Positions 1-10,625 of a DNA stretch of 64,000 nt are shown here, piece after piece. Source of the DNA: an uncultured Bacteroidales bacterium. GTDB lineage: Bacteria > Bacteroidota > Bacteroidia > Bacteroidales > CAYVNP01. The first letter of the stretch is position 1. Each line of letters begins with the position of its first letter. Location of the stretch: positions 53,357 through 117,356 of the forward strand of contig CAYVNP010000002.1 of NCBI GenBank assembly GCA_964452905.1. Direction: 5' to 3'. The position numbers and the translations under genes were made by a program. The notes under the pieces were generated by a model. That model was not told the DNA's origin. It searched no databases and saw nothing but the letters and a program-made list of their open reading frames with translations.

Positions 1-1
1 T

Positions 2-193
2 ACCGGAGATGTTATTACCATGAAGGATGGGGAAATTGATAAACCTATTGATTTTTTTAACATGGATTCAAAAGCAGCAAATAAATCAGTGAAGTTATTG
101 ACTAAAATTCCCGGAGTTGAATATATATTTACTGCACATACCGGTTTTACAGGCAATTATAATGATGCAGTAAAAAATTGGAGTGAAAAATAA
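2..193 (+). CDS. 3' end of a CDS entering from upstream, possibly the C-terminus of an MBL-fold hydrolase
   Basis: Frame 2 is open from the window edge and ends at TAA 191-193. The tail ...GVEYIFTAHTGFTGNYNDAVKNWSEK resembles the last His-motif region of MBL-fold enzymes. The product call is tentative. Confidence 0.35.
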   Translation, partial: TGDVITMKDGEIDKPIDFFNMDSKAANKSVKLLTKIPGVEYIFTAHTGFTGNYNDAVKNWSEK

Positions 194-243
194 AAAATCT
201 TTATCTACACTGAAACTGCTTAACACATTTAATCAATTAAAAT

Positions 244-2208
244 ATGAAAATTATTAACGATTATATTTATTCGGTTATTACTTTCTGTTTAGGTCTGTTT
301 ATTTGGGGTAATGTATGCAGTCAAAATCCTGTGATTACGATAGATGTGAATCCACAAAAAAAGTTAGCCGAAATGAATCCTGATATGTTTGGAATATTTT
401 TCGAAGATATTAATCTGGCTGCAGACGGCGGTCTATATGCCGAAATGATTGAGAATCGTTCATTTGATTTTCCTCAGACACCCTTCATGGGTTGGACCAC
501 TTATGGGGATGTAACACCAATGAAAAAACAACCTGCATTTGACCGCAATCCGACATATATGCGAATTAGCAATACGTTTCCTCGCAAAGGCGCAGGACTT
601 ATCAGTTCCGGTTACAGAGGTGGGCTTGCGTTCAAATCAGACGAAGCTTATATTTTAATGTTTTACGCTCGTACTATTGATATTCCTGAAGTCAAACTAC
701 ATGTTGAAATTATTAATGGTACCGGTGAACGGATCAAAGAATATCCTGTCATTCTCAATTCAAATCAATGGACTAAATATACTGTGAATATTAAAACAGA
801 AATAACAGATGCAAAATGCAAACTAAGATTAAACCTTGACAGCATAGGAGCTATTGATATTGACCACGTTTCTTTATTCCCTAAAAATACATTTAAAGGA
901 CGTGAGAATGGATTACGAAATGATCTGGCAAAAGCACTCGAAGATCTTAAACCGGGTGTCATGCGATTTCCCGGAGGTTGTATAGTTGAAGGCAATTCAT
1001 TAGCTACACGTTATAATTGGAAAAATTCAGTAGGTCAGGTTGAAAACCGTCCAATCAATGAAAATCGATGGAACTACACATTTCAAAATCGTTTTACACC
1101 TGACTACTGGCAGAGCTACGGACTTGGTTTTTACGAATTCTTTTTATTGTGCGAAGATATAGGTGCTTCTCCCCTCCCTATCATAAGCTGCGGAATGGCT
1201 TGCAACTTTGAATCAAAAGAAAAATTAGCTTTAGACAGTCTTACACCATTTATTCAGGATGCTCTTGACTTGATTGAATTTGCTAACGGTTCAACAACAA
1301 CAAAATGGGGAAAATTGCGTAATGACATGGGACATCCAACACCATTTAACCTTAAATATCTGGGAATCGGAAATGAACAATTTGATTATGATTATCCAAA
1401 GTATTTGGACCAATTTATTAAAGCAATTCATTCCAAATATCCCAATATTCAAATTGTCGGCTCTGCAGGTCCGTGGCCTCAAGGTAAAGAATTTGATTTT
1501 CTATGGCCGGAAATGACAAGAGTTCATGCTGATCTCGTTGATGAACATTATTACAGGGAACCGGAATGGTTTCTTAATTCAGTTACCCGTTATGATTCTT
1601 ACAAACGTAAAGGACCCAAAGTATTTGCTGGTGAATATGCTTGTCATGTGCCAGATCGCAAAAACAGTTTTTATTCTGCATTATGTGAAGCAGCATTCAT
1701 GACTGGTCTGGAACGTAATTCTGATATAGTTCGCCTTGCAACATATGCTCCGCTGTTCGCTCATGTAGACGGATGGCAATGGAAACCGGATATGATCTGG
1801 TATGATAACATGCGCTTAGTTAAATCTGCTAACTATTATGTACAGCAACTTTATGGTAATTATCATGGTTCTTCAGTTATTGCTTCAATGATTGACGGCA
1901 AACCAATAACCGGTCAACACAATATATTTGCAAGTGCATCCATTGATGAGAAAAAAAATGAACTGTTCATTAAGGTAGCTTTTCTAGGTGAACAGAAACA
2001 AAAAATAAACATTAACATCGCTAACATTCCTTCTACTGCTAACTTTGATGTAAAACACATTATGTTAAAAGGTCCGTTAAATGAAGAAAACACATTAGAC
2101 GAACCTTTAAAAATAGCACCTATAGAAACGTTGATAAAACGAAGCAAACAAGAATTAACAATTGATCTGATACCAAAATCTTTTAATGTTTTTATTATTA
2201 AACTATAA
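244..2208 (+). CDS. Secreted alpha-L-arabinofuranosidase, GH51-like
   Basis: 654-aa ORF with an N-terminal signal peptide. Motifs RFPGGCIVEGN and YLGIGNEQ (acid/base Glu context), plus a C-terminal beta-sandwich-length tail, are typical of GH51. Confidence 0.85.
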   Translation: MKIINDYIYSVITFCLGLFIWGNVCSQNPVITIDVNPQKKLAEMNPDMFGIFFEDINLAADGGLYAEMIENRSFDFPQTPFMGWTTYGDVTPMKKQPAFDRNPTYMRISNTFPRKGAGLISSGYRGGLAFKSDEAYILMFYARTIDIPEVKLHVEIINGTGERIKEYPVILNSNQWTKYTVNIKTEITDAKCKLRLNLDSIGAIDIDHVSLFPKNTFKGRENGLRNDLAKALEDLKPGVMRFPGGCIVEGNSLATRYNWKNSVGQVENRPINENRWNYTFQNRFTPDYWQSYGLGFYEFFLLCEDIGASPLPIISCGMACNFESKEKLALDSLTPFIQDALDLIEFANGSTTTKWGKLRNDMGHPTPFNLKYLGIGNEQFDYDYPKYLDQFIKAIHSKYPNIQIVGSAGPWPQGKEFDFLWPEMTRVHADLVDEHYYREPEWFLNSVTRYDSYKRKGPKVFAGEYACHVPDRKNSFYSALCEAAFMTGLERNSDIVRLATYAPLFAHVDGWQWKPDMIWYDNMRLVKSANYYVQQLYGNYHGSSVIASMIDGKPITGQHNIFASASIDEKKNELFIKVAFLGEQKQKININIANIPSTANFDVKHIMLKGPLNEENTLDEPLKIAPIETLIKRSKQELTIDLIPKSFNVFIIKL

Positions 2209-2220
2209 ATAAAAAGTGCA

Positions 2221-2574
2221 ATGAACATTGAAGAATTCAGGCAGTTTTGCTTGTCCCTAAAAAGTACAAAAGAAGGATTACCCTTTGATGAAAGTACGCT
2301 GGTCTTTACAGTCTGCGGTAAAATATTTTGCCTGACAGATATTGACACATTTAAATCAATAAATCTTAAGTGTATTCCTGAAGAAGCCATAGAATTGCGG
2401 GAAAAATATTCGTCAGTTATTCCAGGATATCACATGAATAAAAAACACTGGAATACAGTTTTATTGGATGGAAGCATTCCCGATTCATTACTAAAGGAAT
2501 GGATTATCACATCATACAATTTAGTCGTTAAAAGTCTTACAAAGAAGGAACAGATTGAACTCCAGAAGAAATAA
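2221..2574 (+). CDS. MmcQ/YjbR family DNA-binding protein
   Basis: 117 aa. The N-terminus MNIEEFRQFCLSL...EGLPFDE and the overall size are typical of the YjbR family. Confidence 0.7.
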   Translation: MNIEEFRQFCLSLKSTKEGLPFDESTLVFTVCGKIFCLTDIDTFKSINLKCIPEEAIELREKYSSVIPGYHMNKKHWNTVLLDGSIPDSLLKEWIITSYNLVVKSLTKKEQIELQKK

Positions 2575-2610
2575 TAATTTCAGCAATAAAAAATTACAAT
2601 ATATTTTAAA

Positions 2611-3183
2611 ATGCAGGAAACATTTTTCGAACATCAAACATTTGAAAAAATAGACCTTAATGAAAACACATTACAAAAAGGCGAATATGATAATTGTATT
2701 TTTAACAAATGTAACTTTTCAAATACGAATTTTTCAGAAATAAAATTTATTGAATGTACTTTTATTGAATGCGATTTGAGTTTAGCAAAACTTAACAAAA
2801 CAGGATTCAGGGATGTAACATTCAAAGATTCTAAGATGCTTGGTTTGCGCTTTGACACATGTAACCCCATTGGTTTATCATTCCGTTTTGAACATTGCAC
2901 TCTCAATCATTCAATATTTTTTCAACTTAAAATAAAGAATACTATTTTTAATGAATCACAGCTTATTGAAACGGATTTCACAGAATGTGATTTGACAGGT
3001 GCCGTATTTAATCTTTGCGATTTATCCCTTTCTACTTTTGAGAATACAATCATTGAGAAAGCAGATTTCCGTACTGCATTTAATTTCAATATTGACCCCG
3101 ACCTGAACAGAATCAAAAAAGCAAAATTCTCATCACAGGGAATCATAGGTCTACTTAACAAGTATGATATCGAGATAGAATAA
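2611..3183 (+). CDS. Pentapeptide-repeat protein
   Basis: 190 aa with tandem A(D/N)LXX-like pentapeptides (CNFSNTNFSEIKFIECTFIECDLSLAKLNKTGFRDVTFKDS...). Confidence 0.85.
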   Translation: MQETFFEHQTFEKIDLNENTLQKGEYDNCIFNKCNFSNTNFSEIKFIECTFIECDLSLAKLNKTGFRDVTFKDSKMLGLRFDTCNPIGLSFRFEHCTLNHSIFFQLKIKNTIFNESQLIETDFTECDLTGAVFNLCDLSLSTFENTIIEKADFRTAFNFNIDPDLNRIKKAKFSSQGIIGLLNKYDIEIE

Positions 3184-3187
3184 ACAA

Positions 3188-3673
3188 ATGAATCAACAAC
3201 CAATTATCAAGTTTTTCCAAGAAAATAAATTGATCGGCAAACATATCCAAATGTCTCTAACCGACAATAAAACAGTTGAACTTTGGTAAAATTTTATGCC
3301 GAGAAGAAAAGAAATTAAAAACCGCATTGGTAGTGAATTATATTCTATCGAAATATTTGACACCTTTTATTTTACTCATTTTAAACCTGAGAATATCTTT
3401 GACAAATGGGCTGCAATAGAAGTATCTGAATTTGAATCACTCCCTAATGGCATGGAAAAAATTATTATTCCTGCAGGACTCTACGCTGTCTTTCAGTATA
3501 AAAGTTCTGCTAACCCGGGAGCAATCTTTTATGAATATATTTTTAATGCTTGGATACCTGATTCTGATTACACAATAGACAACAGACCTCACTTTGCAAT
3601 TATGGGTGAGAAATACAAAAATAACGATCCTGATTCAGAAGAAGAAATCTGGATCCCCGTTATTTCAAAATAA
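3188..3673 (+). pseudogene. GyrI-like / AraC effector-binding-domain protein interrupted by an in-frame TAA
   Basis: ATG at 3188 opens MNQQPIIKFFQENKLIGKHIQMSLTDNKTVELW, then TAA at 3287-3289. The same frame continues NFMPRRKEIKNRIG... into the 3296..3673 ORF. The two parts together look like one GyrI-like small-molecule-binding domain. Confidence 0.6.
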
Positions 3674-3751
3674 ATTCTCTGATTATAAATCCAACGAAAA
3701 CCGTTATTAACTTAAATTATATATATTAAGATTCAATTCGTTGAAATGAAT

Positions 3752-4795
3752 TTAATTCCCCATCTGATCTGATAATCTGGAAGCATCATTCTGCCGATGT
3801 TTTAATGTATTCAAATAAGTTCCATCATTTTTGATATTATAGGTATGATATGCTTTCCCTGCCCATTCTATGGCTGCTTCTAATTTTCCTTCCACTTCAC
3901 AGGCAACAGCCATGTTATGACAAGCGCGACCGGCAATTTTACTATCAGCGTCATTGGTATACTTTTTCCAAATACCGGCTGCTTCTTTCCAATCATTTGT
4001 TTTCACATATCTAGCTGCCTGTTTGAAATCATCTGACCCTTTAATAAAATAATACCTGCTCACCCATCTCCAGTTAGGTGATATCCGAACACCATACCGT
4101 TGACCGGCAAAATAACCTGCATCATTGATAGCATTGCGCTTCATAGGCATTCTGTTGCGGGCTTCATGGGGTGAAGTACCAGTTGAATTCCATGTTTTCT
4201 GATCAGCAAAAGTACTCTCATCAATGATCTGTTTATTTACAAAATCATAAATTCTCCAGGTTGCATTTACATTAATGGTTAAGTCAGATAAAAATTCAGG
4301 AACAATTCTCTCAACATTGTTTATCACTTTTTTAACATTGCGTGTCCCCTCTTTTACTCCTGTATTTGAATCAAATGTTTCCAATACAATCAGTCCATCT
4401 ACATTATGTTCTTTACATAAATGCTCAACTGTTTCCCATGATAAGGGAGTTGGCAGTTGGCGTGTTCCTGTTCCACCTTTTATTTCAATATTTGCCAAAG
4501 ATTGGGCTTCAAAGCGTGGACCGTTGTTCAGTTTATTAACCAGTCCATTGATACAATTAATTGAACCATCGCGATCAGCAAAAATGGATTCCCCTGTAAT
4601 AAAACCTTCAATAAAATTCCAAGCCAACTGCTCTTTATCAGGAAGAGAATGATTAATAACTGCAATCTTTTTAATGTGTGGAGGAACATTTATTTGCGCT
4701 GGCTCCAATACGGAAATTGAAAGTGAAGAGGTCTTACATGATGAAAACAAAAAGAGTATAGACACTACTAAAATTATTTGTTTAATTGATTTCAT
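3752..4795 (-). CDS. Lipoprotein with a C-terminal TPR-like region, function unknown
   Basis: Lipoprotein signal MKSIKQIILVVSILFLFSSC. The C-terminus has TPR-like helices (AARYVKTNDWKEAAGIWKKY...GRACHNMAVACEVEGKLEAAIEWAGKA). Confidence 0.6.
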   Translation of the reverse strand: MKSIKQIILVVSILFLFSSCKTSSLSISVLEPAQINVPPHIKKIAVINHSLPDKEQLAWNFIEGFITGESIFADRDGSINCINGLVNKLNNGPRFEAQSLANIEIKGGTGTRQLPTPLSWETVEHLCKEHNVDGLIVLETFDSNTGVKEGTRNVKKVINNVERIVPEFLSDLTINVNATWRIYDFVNKQIIDESTFADQKTWNSTGTSPHEARNRMPMKRNAINDAGYFAGQRYGVRISPNWRWVSRYYFIKGSDDFKQAARYVKTNDWKEAAGIWKKYTNDADSKIAGRACHNMAVACEVEGKLEAAIEWAGKAYHTYNIKNDGTYLNTLKHRQNDASRLSDQMGN

Positions 4796-4857
4796 AAAAT
4801 TGAATTTTTATTTTCAAATACAAATAATGAGCCAAAAAAAATATTATTTTACAACAT

Positions 4858-5475
4858 TTATTTTCCTGATCGGGACAACGTACCGAGATAACCGCCATGG
4901 TGACGTTTGGCGTATTCTTCTTTAGTAAAGCCAAGTTTTTTCATCAGTTGTACGACAAGAATATCTCCAATCACGGTCATGACTGTCGTTGAAGTAGTAG
5001 GTGTCAATCCCAACGGACATACTTCTTTGGGACTACCGGTATAAATAATAATGTCAGCTGTTTTTGCTAATGACGATTGTTGATTCCCTGTAATAATAAT
5101 CATAGGAATTTTTTTATCGTATAGTTTTTCGGCAAGGATTGTAAGTTCGATAATCTCCCGTGTTTCACCCGAATTAGAAATAAGCAATAAAGTATCATTT
5201 GGTTGTATAACACCAAGATCGCCATGTTGAGCTTCAGCCGGATGAAGAAAAACGGCAGGCGAACCGGTAGAACTGAAAGTTGTAGCCATGTTGATACCTA
5301 TCTGTCCTGCTTTGCCAAGACCGGAAACCACAATTTTTCCAAGTTTAACATGCACTGTTTCATACAGTAATTCAACTGCTTCATACAGTCCGTTTCCAGC
5401 AAGCGGGATCTGATCCAAAGCATTGATTTCGTTTTTTAAAATCACTTTTATTTCAGATAAAAAGTCTTCGGTCAT
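4858..5475 (-). CDS. kdsD: SIS-domain arabinose-5-phosphate isomerase (KdsD/KpsF-like, no CBS domains)
   Basis: SIS motifs VVSGLGKAGQIG and LLISNSGET. The start is taken at ATG 5475, giving MTEDFLSEIK, and it overlaps the kdsA stop as ATGA. The gene sits directly downstream of kdsA. Confidence 0.75.
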   Translation of the reverse strand: MTEDFLSEIKVILKNEINALDQIPLAGNGLYEAVELLYETVHVKLGKIVVSGLGKAGQIGINMATTFSSTGSPAVFLHPAEAQHGDLGVIQPNDTLLLISNSGETREIIELTILAEKLYDKKIPMIIITGNQQSSLAKTADIIIYTGSPKEVCPLGLTPTTSTTVMTVIGDILVVQLMKKLGFTKEEYAKRHHGGYLGTLSRSGK

Positions 5476-6239
5476 TTGTTTATGGCATTTGTTATTGACA
5501 AACATTTATAAATAATATCTTCAAGTTGATTGATCTGCAACATAGATGCCGCATCACTCATAGCGTTTTTCGGATCAGGATGCACCTCGAAAAACAAACC
5601 GTCAGCGCCCACAGCAGATGCAGCTTTGGCAATGGTTTCGATCATGGATGGATCTCCACCGGTAGTCAAACCGGTGTTTGGTTTTTGGACAGAGTGTGTA
5701 CAATCAACTATTACTTTATCACATATTTTTTTCATTCTTGGTATTGAAGTAAAATCAACGATCAGATCATTGTAACCAAATATACTTCCACGTTCAGTGA
5801 GCCAAATCTCTGAATATTTCGGGGATCGTGCTTTTTCAACAGCCATTTGCATTGATTCGGGGGACATCCATTGACCTTTCTTGATATTAACTGTTTTACC
5901 TGTTTTTCCTGCCTCAAGCAATAATTCCGTTTGCCTGCAAAGAAATGCCGGTATCTGTAAATAATCTACAAAATCAACAGCTATGGCAACTTCTGATTTA
6001 TCATGTACATCCGTAATAACGGGAATATTAAATTTATTTTTTACCTGTCCCAGTATTTTCAGGGCATTCAGGTCTACGATACCGGTAAAAGAATTTAAAC
6101 TCGATCTGTTTGCTTTTTTATAGGATGCTTTAAAAATCAATTGAAAATTATATTTTTCTTTTAGCATGCAAAGATGTTCAGCAATCTCAAAGATCATTTT
6201 TTCATTTTCAACAACGCATGGACCGGCAATTATTATCAT
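5472..6239 (-). CDS. kdsA: 3-deoxy-8-phosphooctulonate (KDO-8-P) synthase
   Basis: 255 aa with MIIIAGPCVVENE..., FKASYKKANRSS, LQIPAFLCRQTELL and VIVDCTHSVQ, which are typical KdsA blocks. Confidence 0.9.
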   Translation of the reverse strand: MIIIAGPCVVENEKMIFEIAEHLCMLKEKYNFQLIFKASYKKANRSSLNSFTGIVDLNALKILGQVKNKFNIPVITDVHDKSEVAIAVDFVDYLQIPAFLCRQTELLLEAGKTGKTVNIKKGQWMSPESMQMAVEKARSPKYSEIWLTERGSIFGYNDLIVDFTSIPRMKKICDKVIVDCTHSVQKPNTGLTTGGDPSMIETIAKAASAVGADGLFFEVHPDPKNAMSDAASMLQINQLEDIIYKCLSITNAINK

Positions 6240-6250
6240 TGGTTTTAAAT

Positions 6251-8323
6251 TTATTTAATACAACTTCCATTCATAGTTTTATCAGAAGGCACAGTGAATA
6301 CTAACTTTCCGTCTTTATCTTCAGCCATTAGGATCATTCCGTTTGAGGTAATGCCTTTCAATTCACGTGGAGCAAGATTAACCAAGATACTCACCTGTTT
6401 TCCGATAATGTCTTTCGGCTCATAATATTCAGCAATTCCGGAAACAACAGTACGTTTATCAATGCCTGTATCTATGAGTAGTTTCATCAGTTTTTTAGTC
6501 TTTGCCACCTTTTCCGCTTCCAGTATGGTTCCTACGCGAATATCCATTTTTTCAAAATCAGCAAATTCAATCAATGACTTGGATGGTTTTACATCCAGTT
6601 GTGTTGACTCATTTGTTTTTTTTGTGTCAGCTAATTTTTGAATTTGAGATTCAATTGCCTCATCTTCTATCTTATCAAACAATAATTCAGGTTGTTTTAT
6701 TTGATGACCTGCTTCCAATAAATCCAAAGGTGTTAAATCATTCCAACTTAAATTTTCAACATTTAGAAGTTTCTTTAATTTTTTGGATGTAAAAGGTAAA
6801 AACGGTTCAGATAAAATAGCAAGCGCAGCAGAAATCTGTAATGAAAGATTCAATATTGTTTTCACACGATCTTCATCCGTCTTTATTAATTTCCATGGTT
6901 CGGTTTGAGCCAGATATTCATTTCCGGTTCTTGATAAGTTTATCAATGTTTTTAATGCTTCCCTGAACTGAAATTTTTCAAGTTTGTCTTCAATATTAGA
7001 CTTACACTGAAAAATATGTGATCTTATTTGTTGGTCTATTTTTTCTTCTGTTTTTATTTCAGGTACTATTCCATTAAAATAATTCTGTGTAAGCACCAAT
7101 GTACGATTAATGAAATTGCCAAAGATAGCAACAAGTTCGCTGTTGTTGCGTGTTTGAAAATCTTTCCATGTAAAATCATTATCCTTTGTTTCAGGGGCAT
7201 TGGCGGTTAGTACATAACGGAGTACATCCTGTTTGCCAGGGAAATCTTTTAAATATTCATGCAACCAAACAGCCCAATTACGAGAGGTGGAAATTTTATC
7301 ACCTTCCAGATTTAAAAATTCATTGGCAGGCACATTATCGGGAAGTATATATGTTCCTTCTGCTTTCAGGATAGAAGGAAAAATAATGCAATGAAAAACA
7401 ATATTATCTTTTCCAATAAAATGCACCAACTTTGATTCCTGATCTTTCCACCATATTTTCCAGTCTTTATTATTTTTCTTTGCCCACTCCTTTGTTGCAG
7501 AGATATAACCGATAGGTGCATCAAACCAGACGTAGAGAACTTTTTTATCTGCATCCGATAAGGGTACTTTTATTCCCCAATCAAGATCACGTGTCACCGC
7601 ACGCGGTTGTAAACCGCCATCAATCCATGATTTACATTGTCCATACACATTCACTTTCCAGTCATCTTTGTGTCCATCAATCCATTCTTTTAACCATGAT
7701 GAATATTTATCCAAAGGGAGAAACCAATGTTTTGTTTCTTTCAGCACAGGAGTATTACCACTCAAAGTAGAGCGTGGATTAATCAAATCAGTAGCATTTA
7801 ATGATGAGCCACAACTTTCACACTGATCGCCGTATGCTTTATCAAAACTGCATTTGGGGCAAATGCCTGTAATATAACGGTCTGCAAGGAACTGCCTTGC
7901 TTCTTCATCATAATATTGTTCAGTTATTTTCTCAATAAATTCACCTTTATCGTAAAGTGTCTTAAAAATCTCCGAAGCTGTTTCATGATGCACAGGCAGG
8001 GAAGTCCGGGAATAAACATTAAATGAAATTCCAAACTCTTGGAAAGAATCTTGAATGATCTTGTGATATTTATCTACCACCTGTTGAGGTGTTACACCTT
8101 CATTCTTCGCTTTAATGGTAATAGGCACACCATGTTCATCCGAACCACCAATGAACAAAACATCTTCGCTTCCAAATTTCAATCGCAAATAACGTGCATA
8201 TATGTCTGCCGGAACATAAACACCTGCCAAATGTCCAATGTGTACAGGACCATTCGCATAAGGCAATGCTGAAGTAATCGTATATCGTTTAAATGTACTT
8301 ATATTTTGGGTTGGATCAGCCAT
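6251..8323 (-). CDS. metG: Methionine--tRNA ligase
   Basis: HIGH motif [11 protein letters not shown], Zn knuckle CPKC...CESCG, KMSKS-like KISTSRN, and a C-terminal EMAP/tRNA-binding domain. The start is moved to ATG 8323 (MADPTQNIS) rather than the ORF-track start at 8398. Confidence 0.95.
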   Translation of the reverse strand: MADPTQNISTFKRYTITSALPYANGPVHIGHLAGVYVPADIYARYLRLKFGSEDVLFIGGSDEHGVPITIKAKNEGVTPQQVVDKYHKIIQDSFQEFGISFNVYSRTSLPVHHETASEIFKTLYDKGEFIEKITEQYYDEEARQFLADRYITGICPKCSFDKAYGDQCESCGSSLNATDLINPRSTLSGNTPVLKETKHWFLPLDKYSSWLKEWIDGHKDDWKVNVYGQCKSWIDGGLQPRAVTRDLDWGIKVPLSDADKKVLYVWFDAPIGYISATKEWAKKNNKDWKIWWKDQESKLVHFIGKDNIVFHCIIFPSILKAEGTYILPDNVPANEFLNLEGDKISTSRNWAVWLHEYLKDFPGKQDVLRYVLTANAPETKDNDFTWKDFQTRNNSELVAIFGNFINRTLVLTQNYFNGIVPEIKTEEKIDQQIRSHIFQCKSNIEDKLEKFQFREALKTLINLSRTGNEYLAQTEPWKLIKTDEDRVKTILNLSLQISAALAILSEPFLPFTSKKLKKLLNVENLSWNDLTPLDLLEAGHQIKQPELLFDKIEDEAIESQIQKLADTKKTNESTQLDVKPSKSLIEFADFEKMDIRVGTILEAEKVAKTKKLMKLLIDTGIDKRTVVSGIAEYYEPKDIIGKQVSILVNLAPRELKGITSNGMILMAEDKDGKLVFTVPSDKTMNGSCIK

Positions 8324-8488
8324 ATCGCTCTGTTTAAAATCAATGCAAAGATAAAAATAAATAAACGTATTTTTAACTCTTGTATAAACATAACACATGT
8401 ATATTTGTTGATTAGTAAAAATTTGAGTTGACCTTTACTTTTCTTAAAAAACTTTTATTAATTTTATTCCTAATAAAATCAAAAGAAC

Positions 8489-9301
8489 ATGAAACCATTT
8501 AAACCCATCAACTTTAACATTTTAATTTCAATATTATTTTTATTTGTTGCTCAAAACCTTTCAGCACAAGGGTATTGTGTTCCAAAACTCCAATGCAATC
8601 CACCATTTAACAATGTTGATTCGGTTATATTTGCTGGCATTACTAATGCATCTTCAGGTTGTGGATATAATGATTTTACATCCAGTGTTTCTGCTGGAAC
8701 TATCAATCTCGGCGATTCTTGCAAAGGGAAAATAGTCTGTTCACTTAGTTCATGGCCCGGACATCTCAGCATTTGGATAGACTGGAATAATGATTCAATT
8801 TTCGATGAAACGGGGATTGAAAAAATTATTAATAATATCACTACACCCGGTAATTGCATTAACAACTGTAGTATCCCGATTAATATTCTGCCTCCAACAG
8901 ATGCATATATTGGGAATATAAGAATGAGAATCGTCTGTGCTTATACTGCAAATCCAATAGCTTGTTATACTGGTAGCGAATGGGCTGATGCTGAAGATTA
9001 TCTCATCACCATTTATCCGGCTACTTCAACTAAATCTTTTTCCAAAACAAATTATGTTTTAACATTATATCCTAATCCTGTTGCAGGTAACGAATTTTCG
9101 ATTGAAGTAACAGGATTTGAAAATGAAACAAATTTACGTTTGATCATTGAAGATATCAGCGGAAGAAAAATGTATGATCAGAATTATTCCCGCATCACTA
9201 AGCTAAACCTCAACACTGACGGACTTTTACAAAAGGGAATTTATTTTGTGAGTATTTGCAGGCAGCAAACAACCCTGGTAAAAAAACTTATTGTAAATTA
9301 A
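8489..9301 (+). CDS. Secreted GEVED-domain protein with a T9SS C-terminal sorting domain
   Basis: Signal peptide, a GEVED-like WADAEDYLITIY motif, and a C-terminal ~80 aa YPNPV...IYFVSI...KKLIVN that is typical of type A T9SS sorting domains. Confidence 0.7.
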   Translation: MKPFKPINFNILISILFLFVAQNLSAQGYCVPKLQCNPPFNNVDSVIFAGITNASSGCGYNDFTSSVSAGTINLGDSCKGKIVCSLSSWPGHLSIWIDWNNDSIFDETGIEKIINNITTPGNCINNCSIPINILPPTDAYIGNIRMRIVCAYTANPIACYTGSEWADAEDYLITIYPATSTKSFSKTNYVLTLYPNPVAGNEFSIEVTGFENETNLRLIIEDISGRKMYDQNYSRITKLNLNTDGLLQKGIYFVSICRQQTTLVKKLIVN

Positions 9302-9320
9302 AATTTAATCGTTAACCATT

Positions 9321-9950
9321 TTAATTAACATTTAAAATAGTCGTAATTTCCTGACCATTCTTAAGCCAGTAGCCATTAATTCCAAGACGATTAGCTGCTA
9401 AGATATTTTCTTCAATATCGTCAATAAAGAGAGTTTCCGAAGGATTTAATTTTTCTGCATTTAAAATATATTCATAAATCTCCCGATCGGGTTTACGTAC
9501 GTTTATTTCGTGTGAATAATACGCCTTATGTAAAAGCATTCCTAAATTATCAATACCCGAATCTCTTTTTAATAAATTATTATAATACCTGCAATGCATC
9601 TCATTGGTATTACTGAGTAAAAATAACTTATACTGGGATTTCAATACTCTCAGCATTTCTATTCTGTTTTCGGGTATGTTTATCAACATAATGTTCCAGG
9701 CAAAATCCAACTCATCATCAGAAACATTTTTTGAACAATATTTTTTTAATTCATTCCTGAAATCAACATATGAAATGATTCCTTTTTCAAGCTCGTCAAA
9801 TATTTTCGACTTAACAAGATCAGCAAAAACCTGATCGAAATTTTTAAAGCCAATTTTTTTAAACTCATTAAATGAAAGCCGATAGTCAATGTTCAATAAC
9901 ACACCCCCTAAATCAAAAATGATATTTTTAATATTTTTCAAGTTCAACAT
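9321..9950 (-). CDS. HAD-superfamily hydrolase (subfamily IA-like)
   Basis: Motif I IIFDLGGVL, motif II LLSNTN, and motif III/IV K...FIDDIEENI. Confidence 0.8.
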   Translation of the reverse strand: MLNLKNIKNIIFDLGGVLLNIDYRLSFNEFKKIGFKNFDQVFADLVKSKIFDELEKGIISYVDFRNELKKYCSKNVSDDELDFAWNIMLINIPENRIEMLRVLKSQYKLFLLSNTNEMHCRYYNNLLKRDSGIDNLGMLLHKAYYSHEINVRKPDREIYEYILNAEKLNPSETLFIDDIEENILAANRLGINGYWLKNGQEITTILNVN

Positions 9951-10044
9951 ACGTATATTTTTCTAAATAAAAAAAAACATGTTTTGTAGGCATAAAAGCC
10001 TTGATTATCGGGCAAAATTAAGAATAATTTCTACAACTATTTAA

Positions 10045-10078
10045 TTTGTTTTGAAATTTAAAAAATTGATTATATTTG
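10045..10078 (+). promoter_or_regulatory. Candidate Bacteroidota sigma-A promoter for ssb
   Basis: TATATTTG at 10071-10078 matches the -7 consensus TAnnTTTG. TTTG occurs at 10045-10048 and 10050-10053 in the -33 position. The element lies about 40 nt upstream of the ssb ATG. Chance matches are expected in AT-rich DNA. Confidence 0.3.
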
Positions 10079-10116
10079 TATGAAACAACTTATTTAATAA
10101 TTTAAAAACAAACAAG

Positions 10117-10539
10117 ATGGCTGGAATTAATAAAGTAATCCTCGTAGGAAATCTAGGTAAAGACCCTGAAGTAAAACACCTTGATAGCGGCACAACAGTT
10201 GCAAGTTTTTCACTTGCCACTACCGAAACATATAAAGACAAAGAAGGAAAACGCGCTCAGCAAACCGAATGGCATAATATTGTTGTTTGGCGAAAATTAG
10301 CTGAAGTAGCTGAAAAATATCTGACCAAAGGAAGTAAAATTTATCTTGAAGGTAAAATCAGAACTCGTTCATGGGAAGACAAAGAAGGAAATAAAAGATA
10401 TACGACAGAAATCATTGCCGATAACTTCACCATGCTGGATGGCAAGAAAGATGATGTTACCCTTGACACGTCTGTATCTGATATGCCTGCTTCTAACGGC
10501 AATATTCAGGATGCTCCAACAGATGATTTACCTTTTTAG
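10117..10539 (+). CDS. ssb: Single-stranded DNA-binding protein
   Basis: OB-fold N-terminus MAGINKVILVGNLGKDPE...TEWHNIVVW and an acidic C-terminal tip DDLPF. Confidence 0.95.
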   Translation: MAGINKVILVGNLGKDPEVKHLDSGTTVASFSLATTETYKDKEGKRAQQTEWHNIVVWRKLAEVAEKYLTKGSKIYLEGKIRTRSWEDKEGNKRYTTEIIADNFTMLDGKKDDVTLDTSVSDMPASNGNIQDAPTDDLPF

Positions 10540-10564
10540 TTAGTTTGATGCATTATTAATTCTT

Positions 10565-10598
10565 ATCCCGAATATATTTAATGTTCGGGATTTTTTTA
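10565..10598 (+). terminator. Rho-independent terminator after ssb
   Basis: The ATCCCGAA (10565-10572) / TTCGGGAT (10584-10591) stem is followed by a T-run. Confidence 0.7.
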
Positions 10599-10625
10599 TT
10601 TTTGCATTGACTTAAATTTATTTAC

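Noticed and set aside
3287-3289. The in-frame TAA could be evidence of stop-codon reassignment or programmed readthrough.
   Set aside because: TAA cleanly terminates many confident genes in this window (for example lon, the giant adhesin gene and kdsD). TGA and TAG are also used as stops, so the standard bacterial code fits. A nonsense mutation or sequencing error is the simpler explanation.
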